From assembly GCA_002256025.1 (NCBI GenBank), contig NKIB01013142.1:1-63796 (forward strand): a stretch of 63,796 bases of DNA, given 5' to 3'. A program made the position numbers and the translations under genes. Shown here in pieces: positions 1 to 12,563 of this stretch. The notes beneath the pieces were generated by a model, which ran no database searches, was not told where the DNA came from, and worked only from the letters and a program-made list of their open reading frames with translations. The DNA is from Asterionella formosa (lineage: Eukaryota). Position 1 is the stretch's first letter. Every line of letters starts with the position of its first letter.

Positions 1-1900
1 GCAAACGAGTGGTGCCGTGTTATATCGCATAATCCTATTATGCCTGCACTAATAAATCATTTTTTTGGTGGTGACTTAGAAGGATTATTTGGTGCAACTC
101 CATTTGAGGTTCTTCATCAATTACTACTTGGAATATTTAAGTTCGCACATTTTGGAATCTTTGTACAATTATCGGACTATCCCTGAAGAATGGACATGTT
201 TTTTAAAAGAAAGAAAATCTCCAGATATTCCAGAAAACAACTCCAATCATATACGTAACACTGAAACAAAAGACTCTGCTTTTCTTGATCAAGAGCAACC
301 GAAGAAACGGGCAAAGACCAAAAAGGACACACGCACCAGCTATCAAAAATATCTACACTGGCAAAAATCAAGACCCAACACTTGTACCAGCACCAGAAAT
401 GTATTTTCGAAACTATAATTCGAACAGGGTGCTATATATATCAATAGTCACTTGGAAAGGCAAAGCGATCGTGATATTCCAAAATTGTCATACAGATCTG
501 GGATGATAGCTTTGTCGAAAATGTCAGGGCAAGAAATTCCCGGATTATGTCTGTTAACTATTTTTTCAATGGGTGGAATGATGGGTTCAGAGAACCTGCA
601 CCTAGAAAAGGATTTCACATTGCTGTTATGGCTATGTATATCTATCAATGACACTTTATTCATACCACAATATACATCAACATGTATTGATATTTTAGAG
701 GAAAGGGTGAAGAGATTTATGTCAGTTACTAAGATTATGATTGGGCCCCAACGGGAAATGATATCTCAAATTGGCCTGGCTTACGAATGGCAAAATTTCA
801 TGGAATGAAACATTACCCTCATCTGATTAGGAAGTTCGCTCTGATCTCCTCTTAATTTCTTTGGTGGATATTTGGAGTCTTTTTTGAAAGACAAATTGAA
901 AATACCCAGTAAGCGTGTCAATGGACAATTACATCGATTAAAGCATGACATTTTAACAAGGTCATATGAAACAAGGCAGTTTGCCTTGGCACGAAAAATT
1001 GTTTTTGTAAGTGATTCATTACATATAGAAAACAAACAAAAGAAGATGAGTGAAGTATACCATCAATGTAAATGAGGGTATTTCAACAGAAATTGGTTTC
1101 GAAGGAATGATTCCGGAAACAATGATGTTGCCTAGAAGGTCGCCTGAAAATTTTGGAATATCGCCTACCAAAATCCATTCACCAGCCCTTCCTGTTAAAG
1201 TTCAATTTTCTGCTTCATCATCAAATGGTCTATGGACTATAGCAGGTGTCCCTAATAAGATTGGGCATGTATCACGGAGTAAGGATGCACCCTTGTCTCA
1301 ATTGGTTCATCCTGATTTACCGAAGGGGGCCAACTAAGTAAAGAGCATTGCGAATTCAGCAATAGAAATAGCAAAAATCAAAAGTCTTGAAGATGGGATT
1401 GGGCCTGTTTCCATTGTAAGGATTGACTTTTATTATCATGTTAAAATTGAAAGTAATGTTCCCGGCCAAACTACTATTTTCAGATGCCATCCGAAATGGA
1501 ATAATGATTCAAAGGCAGGAATCTCTGGTCGTGAATGGTTTGACTGGGTCGAAGTGAACTGGGAGAAGGGAGATGGATCAAGTTCCTACACAGTTCCTGC
1601 AAAACTACTTCTTTGGGGAAATGTTTTTTTTTCTCCAACTCAACAACCATTCTCTGAGCGTGTATTCGTTCCTTGAAAAGTTCAACTGAAATGAAAATTC
1701 ATAAACGTATGTTTTTTGCAAAAGGAGACACATTATGCAATGATACAACTGAATTGAGCGTTGTTGAATTTCATACCATGAATACTTTCGGCAGCATTTG
1801 TTGTTCCTGCTTTGAAACCACAGGAATCAAGTCAAGGAAATCTCTGAAACACACCGCAACAGGTTTTGGAACAGATACGGAAAGATAATTTTTATGTTGC
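1..1900 (+). pseudogene. Frameshifted Plavaka-like (CMC/CACTA-related) DNA transposase, 5'-truncated by the window edge
   Basis: Motifs appear across frames in Plavaka order: GATPFEVLHQLLLGIFK (~91-141, cf. PDILHQLxxG); RQSDRDIPKLSYRSGMIALSKMSGQE; GLRMAKFHGMKHYPHLIRKF..LNFFGGYLESFLKDKLKIPSKRVN (~775-920, cf. PKLH..HY...IR.FG); and FRCHPKWNN..GREWFDWVEVNW (~1480-1562). Multiple frameshifts. Confidence 0.7.
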
Positions 1901-2049
1901 CATGCCTCCACAAACATCATTTATGGAAATCAATCGGGTGGGACCAAAAACTAACAAGCGAACGTTGATAAATATATAAGAATAATATAAATGATAATGG
2001 TAACAATATAGTTTCACATACTAAGTTGGTCATTATGAGGTTTTCACAA

Positions 2050-4300
2050 ACTACAATTTCCTAAGAAATGATTATCCAATGGTCCATTATTTGTTCTTTT
2101 TCACTCCCAAAGAACCTAAGATGGTCCTTCTCGTTTCGTCCGAAATTTTGCTTCTCCACTTTTCAACTGCAGTTTGATATGAGTCTGTAAACTTTTTCAA
2201 TTTGATTCCAGAAGGGCTATCATCAGATACAAAATGATTTTCAACTTTTTGTCAATTTTGATGGATCGAGAAATTTGGCCAAGAGGTGCATGATTAAACC
2301 ATTTGAAGGGAGCAAGTTTTTCATTACTTTGTTGTATCATGGATTTGACGTAGACAACTTCATCCTTCTTGAAAGAAGAGTTGCAAGGAACTCGTCCAAA
2401 TACTTCGTTCCATATTTTACAATCTAAATAGGATGTCAACATTTTGTCGATACAAAATTGAAGAACAGTTATTTCCAACTGAAATATATCCTCACTATAA
2501 TTTGTCGTTGTCACTTCAGGCCAAACTGTTCCAAGATGAAAGTATGTTGACTTGGTTGGTGGGTCAGATGTAATGGATAAGAAATCGTCTGTTCGATCTG
2601 TTGCTACCACCTGACGTTTTAAAACTTTCCAGGACTCGGTCTCCGAACGGAAATGTGCCCGTTTGCCAAGAAATTTGGTTGAATCTGCCATTCCTTTCTA
2701 ATTGCAATAGAGTTTCGAACACTGCCTTTCACAATTGTAAAAGGTCCACATGACCATCCACTGTCATCTTCTGGTTGAAATAAAACAACCTGGAATCATG
2801 CATATTCAGTGGCAATACTGATCTGCAATGGTGCTTTGGTGACAGTATAGAAAGATTCCGAGAACCCAGCCAATTTCTTCAGGTATATGGGATTCTTGTG
2901 GAAGATATCCTGTATCGGTGCATAACAATTCCAATTCTTTTCTGCATCCGGGGATGATGCAGTACTTACGGGCAAGGTGAAATACTTGATCATAATGTTC
3001 ATCCAAACTTGCATCTTTTCCTGGATCACGGACTTGACATAATCCATCATTTATAGCAAAAAGATAATGCACAAAATGATTGTTTTCCTCCTCATCTGAT
3101 CTTTTGCAATACACAATTAGCACATAGTTACTTTCGTGATGAAGTGGATGACAATCACCTTGGTATATATATGGATTGTTATTACCCTTTTCTGGGTTCT
3201 CATCCAGGATATCAAATATAACCTTTACATCAGTTGGATGAAGTTCATGAATTATATAATGAATCATAGAGGTTATTGTTTCAAGGTCCCAATATGCAAG
3301 ATCTTTAAAATCTGAAGATGAGTTTTTGATACCTTTGACTCCATAAAATACAGAGGCGTAATTGCATATATCTTGCGGGGTACGAGTGTACAACTCTTTC
3401 CACAATTTTAGTTGTCCATGCGATTTCGGCAAACTCAAGGAAAATGCCGTTTGCTTTGGCATAATAACTCTACACATTTCACATGCCGACTCTTCACAAA
3501 AGTAGCTGCCTTCTGGATTGTTTTCAATGATTTTACAAAGAAATTCTTTTTCTTCCATGTATGATTTGGAAAAAGATTCAATTTTGTGCTTCTGAATTCG
3601 TTCCCTATTCAGAGCATCAACTGCCTTAGCCAGCATCACATCTCTGTCTGCATTGATCTTCTTGAATTCGAGGTCTTGATCTAGCTCGGACTTTTTCTTG
3701 AATATCTTTTCTTTTAGAAATGCAATAGTTTCTCTGCTTTATGATGTTCGTCTTGATGTTCTGGACGGATAGTGAGATATCTTTCTTGGTTTTGCAACTT
3801 TTCAACCATTTCTACTTCTGAAGTGTTGTCTGCCACATTTCCGCCGATATTTTCATTCATCGCATGAATTTGTTCATCAAATGAATGAGAATCACTGAGT
3901 TCTTCTTCATTATCAGCGATTTCGGGAGAATGAGGAGCAAAATACGACACTGGATGGTGGAACTGTGACTCTGTACGAATAGAGTCTTCATCCAGGAAGA
4001 CCAACTGTTTGGGTTTCCTCTTCGAAAGCAATCTTTCCTTCTTTTCAATCTCAGCCACTATTTTATCGGCATACTTGCTTCATTATTTTTTCTGGAGTAT
4101 TATGAATCTGTTCAAATTCATTTGATCTTCGAGTGTATTCAAAGGAATCTTCCATTGATTGATTTCATAAGTTTTTTCATCATCTTTTCCGAAAACATAA
4201 AGTCGTGTAGTGTAAACAATGGAAGTAAGTCTCATTTCTTGTTTGACTGATCCTTTCCGTGAAATCTGTGAAATGCCATTTGGAAAGTTGTCAAAGGGCC
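2050..4300 (-). pseudogene. Broken second ORF of the same element, with Ulp1/SENP (C48)-like protease motifs
   Basis: Co-oriented fragments 3714-4058, 2806-3639 and 2197-2691. NNHFVHYLF..DGLCQVRDPG gives candidate His/Asp; after a stop and a frameshift, QPEDDSGWSCGPF (~2740-2778) gives candidate Gln and catalytic Cys. Convergent with the transposase. Confidence 0.45.
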
Positions 4301-4549
4301 AGAAGACAATGATGTAAAACAGTGGAAGGGAAACGCAGAGCTTTTCGCAGAGCTTATTGCGGCGCCTGTGGAGGTGGAACTGGTGTGATGGTAACCGAGT
4401 GTAGTAATTGTTGAACAGAGCACAGTGAATATGCATGTTCCGCCAGTGTAGTGTTTACACAATACACATGCTGGCACATACTATATAGCTAAAACAAGGA
4501 AAGACGACACAACAATGAACGTGATGGCTGGTTGTTGAGGATACCGGTA

Positions 4550-4998
4550 TGTGATATGCATCAATCCATATCACAAATCATATTATAGTGATGTACATAT
4601 CAACGCATCCGTATACTTAGATCCTATCCACTGTATAATACTATCATTTTAAGTGTTGACTTTAACTGTATACATTAAACGACAAACACATATATTAATT
4701 AACATACTTTATGATTGCTTGATTTATTTTCTATGATGTCTTGGTAACACTTGCGTACATATTTTATCGTATTTCATTATCATTGTATTATTTTAACATA
4801 ATCATATTTTGATCAAAATTATATCATAAACATTTTATAAAATCATCATAGTTTTATGATCAGTGTATCATAGCTCTGTGATGTACTTTATTCAATATTA
4901 CGTATCATGCTTTGGTGATGTATGCATCGATGTAACCCTATCATGATATCACAGTATCATCTTATCAATCATGATGAGATGATTGGGAAGCAACTGTA
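4550..4998. repeat. AT-rich tract with many TATCA/TGATA motifs; possible subterminal region and right end of the Plavaka-like element
   Basis: Dense TATCAT/ATGATA/ATCATG motifs in both orientations. Ends ...GGGAAGCAACTG|TA at ~4996, which reads TA|CAGTTG on the minus strand. The partner terminus is not in the window. Confidence 0.35.
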
Positions 4999-5074
4999 TT
5001 CTGCATCGTGCTACAGGTTTTATTATTATATCACGCAATTTAGTAGCCAAGTCACTCCGCCTGTAATGTACTAA

Positions 5075-5535
5075 AGTCGACAGTGCACATACCGGTACTC
5101 ACACGCTTAACAGGTTTGAGGCAATGGACAGTGGTTCGAACGAGCGAATGATGATACCACGAGTACCAATTTTTCCAACAAAAGAACTTGTCTCTCTATT
5201 GATGAGGATGACACAGACACCGACTTTTCCAGGAGCAAACAACAATGAACAGACCCACTTCGTCTGCGTGGCTCTATTGATGGTAACAAAGATGCGGACA
5301 AGTTCAACAGTGAATACAAGAACAACATACCATTGAAAACAAGTCGACAGTGTGTGCACGCACACGCCAAGCAAGTTTGAGGCAACGGACAATTCCAACA
5401 AGCAAATGACGATACAGATATCAAATTCTTTCTACGAGCAAACAACAATGAAGAGAGCCACTTGCTTTCGCTCTCTTGATGGTATCAAAGATGCAGACAA
5501 GTTCAATAGTTAATTCAAGTACAGTATACCAAATG
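5075..5535. repeat. Degenerate tandem duplication (units of ~265 and ~195 bp)
   Basis: AAGTCGACAGTG..CACACGC..GTTTGAGGCAAYGGACA..GAGCAAACAACAATGAA..TTGATGGTAWCAAAGATGCRGACAAGTTCAA occurs twice, starting ~5075 and ~5341. Confidence 0.8.
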
Positions 5536-6179
5536 CAGAAACGAGCGAGCGATATGAAAATGAAATGCGTTCTAATCAGAATCATTCTATAACTATAGCT
5601 ATGTGGACAGTAGTCTGTTATGCACATTTTAGTATCTCCTTCTATGCTGAATCGAAATAGTAGATGTAGTATCATGTGAGAATTGAAAATTTCAACGAGA
5701 ACAAGTAGAATGTGTTTGTTTACAGGACAGGTTGATTGGCGAGATTGTCATGCTGAAGTGGACGAAACGGATATACTTTGTGTGCTGTGTGCGGAAACAT
5801 TACGAGTTCGAATGGTTTCTTCTCTACTGTAAACTCTTAATTGAATGATTATGAACAAAGGTTCACTGCACATGACGATTACTTGAAGATATAAAGATCA
5901 GTTGACCAACAAATTGAAGACGTTATCGCAAACATTCATTCCGCTTGTCATCGCTAGTATTTCGTTGTTGTTGCAAAAATCGGAGTGATGATGGATGTAA
6001 ATGACGAGCAAAATTACATTACTTAATCTGGTACATTATCCTTCCAAGAAATTCGAATACAGGAATCAAATAGAAACAATACATATATTAATTAAATATA
6101 TGTTGTCAAAAGGGTTACTATTTAAATTACAAAGGCATTTATCAAAATTATTAGATGATATAACGAAAAATTATGATCA

Positions 6180-9100
6180 GATGATCACAATCCTATGATG
6201 CATCATGGAAATATGATAGTTTTTATTTGCAGACGCTTCGATAAACAGTTTTGTCCAGTACAACACCTTCAATATGATGTTGTCGACACCGACCAACTCA
6301 GTCGAACTTCTTGTGTTAACTTTCTGTTTTGTAGACACAGAACAAACAATCCCTTTTCCAAGTGACAATGTGGTAGCTCGAGTGTGACTTTTGAAATCCT
6401 TGTGGACCACTGGAAACGCCACATCAACATGCCACTTAATGCTCTGAGTGTCATCACCACTCATAGATGCACCCTCATTTTGAATTACTTTCAAGAAATT
6501 CATACTAATCTTGATTGATTTTGCCGCAGGCTTAATTTAATGCATGACCTTGACTTTACTAATTTCTTCAGAAGCATATTACTTTTCGAGCCATTCCAAA
6601 ATTTGATCATTCACTTTGGTTTCCACATGACTAGATTTTAAATCATCAACGTGCCAAAAAATTACTGTGTGCTGTTTGCAATTAACAATGCGATTTGCAA
6701 CGCATAGATCATAAGGATTGACTTTGAATCCAATTGACTCAATATCCTTCTAAAATTTCTTGTCATTTGACAATGATGACTGTAACATGCCATATAGTGC
6801 TCAATCATCCTAACAAAAAGGAGCTTGCTGTTTCCTTCATCAACAACACAGTTTTCAGAAGTCTCAGGGCTGAGTTCTATCAACATATTCACAAGTAAAC
6901 CTCGAATCTTCATGATGATTCGTTTCCCTTTTTCTTTCTTGTCGATTTCCACTTGCACAAATGCATTGGGTGTATCTGCCATCATCATGACATTGCAACT
7001 TTGCTTCGCGTCAATTATTGCTGTCATAATGACAGATTCAGTCAGCCATGGTGGTGGGACTAGCTGCCTCGCTTCTTTCCAAATATTCTCGCTGAGAACT
7101 TTCATTGGCACAAGCCCTGCGTTAAATAATTTTGTCTCTCTTTTCAACCAAGAAAATTAAGCTTTGCATTGCGCGTGCATCGCTTTTCAAGATCGGTTAC
7201 TAGTTCTTGGACCGTAATTGGTTCAAATACAACTCTATCGTGTAGCTGCTTCATTTCCTTGTATGCGGCATCCCTTGTTCCTTTTTGGCCCAATTTCTTG
7301 AGACCTTTTGTTAAGCTGCATGATTGAATGAAGTGAAATGCATCTTTGTTGATATACATCTCGTTGGTATAACACATTGTCATTGCAATCACTTATTTTA
7401 ACTTTTGGATCTCTGTCATCCTTAGTGCTTGGATTGACTTCTTCTATCATTGCCACATCGTCTTCAGTTTAATCTATACTAGGTTCATTGTCCTCATCTT
7501 GTATTTCATAAGCATTTGTTTCAATTTTATCATCTTTGTCGCTCTCAGGTTCAGGGTCATCGTCTTGGATATTAACTTGTTCGAACTCTACAGCTTCATA
7601 TATTTCATCCGGAGCCATTTCATTTCAGTCTCTTTCGAGAAGTTTGTCATTACCATCATTGTCACTAGCATTTTGACGATAATTGTAATCTTCATCTTGT
7701 GCATCTTCAAATGCTTCATTCTCATAGTAGCTAGTCCAATCCTGCAATCTAAGCACTATCATAAAATATTTGTCTCATTCGATTAGATATGTTGAGACTG
7801 TTTGGCATCTTTTCCTGTTCTGTAAAGGTGTGCACTTGATTTATGATGCCTAATTTCGCCCAATTGTGGAATATCAACCTTCATATAGGTGACAATGGAT
7901 TCACTATTCTTAGTGGCAAGGTGCATGCTTCCATTAGTAGTAGAAACTCAAATGTTGGCTTCTTTACAAATTTTGGATTGCAAAAGACTGTGGCACTTGA
8001 TTGATTTTCTAGTAAGATTATCCAGCCATTTGCGCATCTTAGATGCTTTGTAAAATTGTAATTCGATATGAACTCTGATTTTTGTGTCCTCCATTTCCAC
8101 AGCAGTAACATTTTCCTACTACTATTTGCGCAAACGATAAGCAAGTTCACGTCTTCTTCTTCCTTCTTCCCTGCATCCTTTTGATCCCTATCTTTAATAT
8201 GATCCCCTCGATTCTTACGACTGATGGTGGGCTTAGTTGTTACATCGAACCTACAATTACTGAGAACATTGTTTGACTTGGTGATACTCTTTGGGTATTG
8301 ATCAATGCTAACAATATGATGGCCTTAGCAGCATTGTCAATATATAAGTAGGCAAGGAATCGACTTAAAGCCTTGATATCCATCTTGTTGTACTCATCCA
8401 TGGCTTTGACAAACTTGAGTAGGATTATAGGTCCCCAACGTGGGACTTGAGCACATCTCGTGCCACACAAACCTTCTTTGTATGATCTTGGAGATTTTCT
8501 CCTTTCCTCCTCTGCTTTGTAGGTAAAATCGTTCTCATCGCATCAAAAATGATCGACTTTGAATATCAAATCTCCTGATAATTTAGATTGTGTTGATGAA
8601 TTGCTACAAGCAATGTTATCGGGTTATTCTTGATTTTAATGTAATCCGATCTTGCTTTAATCTTATTTTTCATGGTCCTGCTGGATCTCTCCCAGAGCAA
8701 CGCAGCCATATGCCTTGGTATTATTTTCTTTGTAGATCTGTAGACTTTTGCTGTAGGTGTCATAATCAGCCTTGAATTCGATTTCATATTGCCAATTCTC
8801 TGCAGCATGATCTTCATCTGTAGCTAGTTGCAAGACTGACCTGGATTCTTGGCTTCCATCACGCTGATGTGATCATTGGTTCTAATAATGCGAGCGCGGT
8901 TCCTATGTGCCGTCGTTGCTATAGTCAAACACTTTCTTGATATAGCTAGTTGATCAGGTATTCTGTAGAAGTTTCATAGTCAGATGCCTGCTTCGCCGAT
9001 CTGAGGTAGTAGCCGTAGTCAGTAGTCATTAATAGACTTCTTGTTGCTTGGGGGTATGAGAAGCATTATTGCTCCCTCCCTTGTTGGCTTGGAACTTGCC

Positions 9101-9420
9101 TTTGGCATGAGTATTCTTGGCAAACCTTCCTTTGCCACTCATTTTACACCATTTGCTACTTTTTTCAGACTCTTGAACAGTCTGGTACACCCAATTCTTG
9201 TCGTCGGACTATCCACTGTCCGCCTGATTTTGTCTTTTGACTTGTGGCACTTCTTCCTGGCTGGAAAATTCTATTAAATCTGTTGAAAATGCGTCCTGAA
9301 GAAGCCTTCTATTGCTTTCTTGTAACCCTTTGTTAGGATACATCAGGGACCAAATAGTCTGTAGATATGAAAAACCATGTGACAGAGATCGATTGTAATT
9401 GTTCAAACCTATTCATAAAT
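6180..9420 (-). mobile_element. Degenerate Ty1/copia LTR retrotransposon (CoDi type), internally deleted
   Basis: On the minus strand in copia order: gag-like (8240-9000); protease WIILLENQSSATVFCNP (~7970-8025); acidic linker (7500-7750); pre-RT SLTKGLKKLGQKG..AAYKEMKQLHDR; RT TESVIMTAIIDAKQ..DTPNAFVQ and WHVDDLKSSH (~6627-6656); RNase H IKWHVDVAF..VHKDFKSHT..STKQKVNTRSSTELVGV. Many stops and frameshifts. Confidence 0.92.
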
Positions 9421-9790
9421 TCAACTGCCCATTGGCATTGGCACCACAATTGCACCACCGAATGCACCACTATTACATAGAGAAACCAAAATTGCACCAT
9501 CAGACTACCCATATAAAATCCGTGCTACTGCCTGCACTACGGTAGTGATATTTTCTACATAGCATCACGATCAGATTCATATAAGATATGTATTTTGTAG
9601 TAGCCAACGGCCGTAGGCTACCCGGTACATACATGTAATCGGACATACCTGCACTGATAAAATATTGCAAACATTTTTTATCATATACCGTATATATATT
9701 TTAGGTTACTACTGGTAATGAATTTTTAACTAAGGCACTCCTTGCTGACGTCATATTGTCGCTGCACCACATTGCACCACCATAGACCAA

Positions 9791-9825
9791 CTGGTACCAG
9801 GTACCAGGTACTGGTACCTGGTACC
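9791..9825. repeat. GGTACC / TACC(A/T)GG palindromic motif cluster
   Basis: CTGGTACCAGGTACCAGGTACTGGTACCTGGTACC, ~115 bp upstream of the ATG at 9942. Confidence 0.85.
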
Positions 9826-9941
9826 GTGTATAAACCGTTGTCCTATCATTAATAATAGCACGTGCGTGTTGGAGGCAAGAAAAGGTGACAACTCAGATGG
9901 TGCGCTTGTGCGCCTTTGCTTGCCACAAATTCAGTTGGACC

Positions 9942-10889
9942 ATGAAATTCGTTGCTGCCGTCCTGTTGGTGCTTTTTGCCGCTCCTCTCGGGACATGTTT
10001 TGTTACTCGAGCCACCTTCGGTCCTCGCGTTTCTGCTATTAATCTCTCGGATGGAAACACCGGAAAATATCTTCGCAATAACTCGGGACTAGAGGGAAAT
10101 CAGCGCAAGCCGTCGCCTCAAGAACTCTCGATTATGGATGAAATGATTACCAAATTAGCAAATGCCAAACCATATGATCTGCCAAATGCTGTTCGAAGAG
10201 CCTTTCGTGTATGTAGTAGTCCGCAATTTTTTATGCGCATAGCAGAACGAGTTGATGAAGCTAGGGACGCCTCGGAAATTGAAAAGTTATCCGCATTTGC
10301 CTCTAATCTTGTGGCCACGTTGGAGGCTGTCGTCGAAACCACAGAGGAAACTCTGGATGAGCGTGCCAAGAATGTGGAAATCATTGTAAAAGCAGCGGCA
10401 GAACCAGATTCAGGAGAATTCTTCGTGCCTCTAGCTCCTCAGCGGGTTGACGCCATGTTTTCCGTTATGCTGGAGTTGCCTGTCAATGAATTGGACGAGG
10501 GATTCTTGTCTACTATAGATGCCTGGACACAAAAGTCGTTCGAAGATGGCATGGATGGTATGGTGACAATCTTGCAAAAGGTCTTGCAAATATATGCTGG
10601 GTTGCAGGTCAAGCGGGCTCGAGAACAGCTAGGGTTGGTGACTGTCCCGACGCCTGCAACTGACTTGCTTGAGTCCCTCCTGATGACCGATACGGATCGT
10701 TGGGACATGGAGATTCGGAGAGGATTTTCAGTAGGAGATGAAACCCTATCATCAGGAAAGCTTATCTCAGAGATTCAAAAGACTATGGAGAGTGTTGTCT
10801 TAGGACTGGACAATGGATCTATGGCACAACGTGTCCAAGCTGAGTACCTGCGAGAATTACTGACCAGAGTTGAGACATTGCAGAAGTAA
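9942..10889 (+). CDS. Plastid-targeted helical protein, PRDA1 (PEP-related development arrested 1)-like, 315 aa
   Basis: The likely start is ATG 9942: signal peptide MKFVAAVLLVLFAAPLGTC|F followed by a basic transit-like segment. LDEGFLS..LQKVLQIYA and GSMAQRVQAEYL resemble plant PRDA1 from memory. Intronless. Confidence 0.6.
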   Translation: MKFVAAVLLVLFAAPLGTCFVTRATFGPRVSAINLSDGNTGKYLRNNSGLEGNQRKPSPQELSIMDEMITKLANAKPYDLPNAVRRAFRVCSSPQFFMRIAERVDEARDASEIEKLSAFASNLVATLEAVVETTEETLDERAKNVEIIVKAAAEPDSGEFFVPLAPQRVDAMFSVMLELPVNELDEGFLSTIDAWTQKSFEDGMDGMVTILQKVLQIYAGLQVKRAREQLGLVTVPTPATDLLESLLMTDTDRWDMEIRRGFSVGDETLSSGKLISEIQKTMESVVLGLDNGSMAQRVQAEYLRELLTRVETLQK

Positions 10890-11703
10890 TGAGAATTGAC
10901 AATGTGAATTAAGTTTGCGAATCTCTGCATGTTTTGACTGGTTCACTGTAGATGCCAATAGTCATTCGTTTTCACACTATTTCCCGTCTCACTCTCCATT
11001 AGCTATTTGTGTCACCCCATAAATAAAACATGGAGTGCTGTAAAGCTCCCCATCACATGATACACCAACATGTCATTAGGGCACATTACTTTGCTCCATG
11101 CCAATATCACATGCCATGCTAATAGAGAAAACACACATTTCGTTAGTAGCAATTGCCTGATGAGCAACACTACCTTGTTCACTTGATTTGGGTACAAAAA
11201 TTGGCAATTTATGACACAGAACAGAACCTGCAACTTTAGATAGGATGTGGGAGTCCCAATCTCTCCAAGTTCCTATTCCCTCACTACTCAAAGGATGTGC
11301 CACACTAGTACACATAACATGAGTTACAATGTCTTTGATGAATTCTTTCCATATGATATATTATATGGTATATTCATCAAGGTCTAGTTTCCAGTCAATG
11401 AATGTTTATTGATAGGTAGAATATTGGCATGGCTCTGATAATAAGTACAATGTAGCTAACATGTAAGACTGTGTTGTTGTGCCATGTATTGCAATAGCTC
11501 AGAGAGGACATCCTGGGGATTGATATTACCCATGATAATTTTTCTTCTTCCCTCTCATGTCAGTAATGGCACAAGTGCAATTATTAGATTAATTTTAATG
11601 CAATTGAGTGATGCATGAACAATTCAAAACAACAATGTTACAAGCAGATTTGAAACTTTCACAGTACCTGCACAACAGATATGATGATGAACAGAACATT
11701 ATC

Positions 11704-11743
11704 AATTAAGGCAATAGATGTGAAATTAAGGCAATAGATGTGA
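11704..11743. repeat. 20-bp perfect tandem duplication
   Basis: AATTAAGGCAATAGATGTGA x2. Confidence 0.9.
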
Positions 11744-12563
11744 AGAAGTTATTTCTCATCTGAGAATTTGATTGATTGTATCAGCAATTTGTGTAATCAT
11801 GTATGCAGGTGTGGGCACCATCAAATGTGAAGTAGTACTACTATGATGTCAAAGCTAATGCCTTAATGTCAGGCAGCCCCCTCCAAGTCATGCTTCTACT
11901 CATCAGGACAATTACAATGCTACAACTGGGCTTACAAGGGGAGGAGTGCAATGACAACAAGAGAAAAGTAACATCATGTGGGTCAGCATATTGCTAGCAA
12001 AATAAGGCACGAAGAAAATATTAATTGATGAACACCAATTTCAATGCATCAAAGTGAAAAGCTCAACGGATGAATAAGCGATGCTGGCTGGCGTGTATAT
12101 GTATTGAAAATTTGTCTGGTCCGTTGACAGTAACACTTAAGGACTGGCGCAGGGATCAACATAACGTTTCCATGACTGCCGGCGAATATATACAATTCTT
12201 GGATTGGTAGTGTGAGTCAAGCTCTTATAGTGAGGCAGTAGAACCGAGGCAATATATATATACATAGTTGAATATTGTTTTCAACACTTTCGCGGACTCT
12301 CTTACTGTAGAACATTTTTATGATACAGTGCATAAAAACTGTACTTGATCATTCTCAGTACCAGGTAGTTTTTCATTGGGCCTCACTACATTGTTCTTTA
12401 CTTGCTATTGAACGAGACCATTGCTCCTATTAGCTACCCATCTATAGTATTGCTGTCCTTCCGGTATTCATTCTCCTCGAACTCGAAACGAATCAGCGCG
12501 CACAGCACACAAGACACAAACCTCCCTGGACCAATTGAGTTCTATTTTTAAAATTACAAAGCC

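Noticed and set aside
9281..9600. Complete LTR pair with TSD for the copia element
   Set aside because: Only a possible TG..CA-type end is seen at 9281; I find no matching copy near 5600-6180.
9791..9825. TACCAGG heptamer runs as interstitial telomere repeats
   Set aside because: They are in mixed orientation and palindromic, not a strand-polarised TTAGGG-type array.
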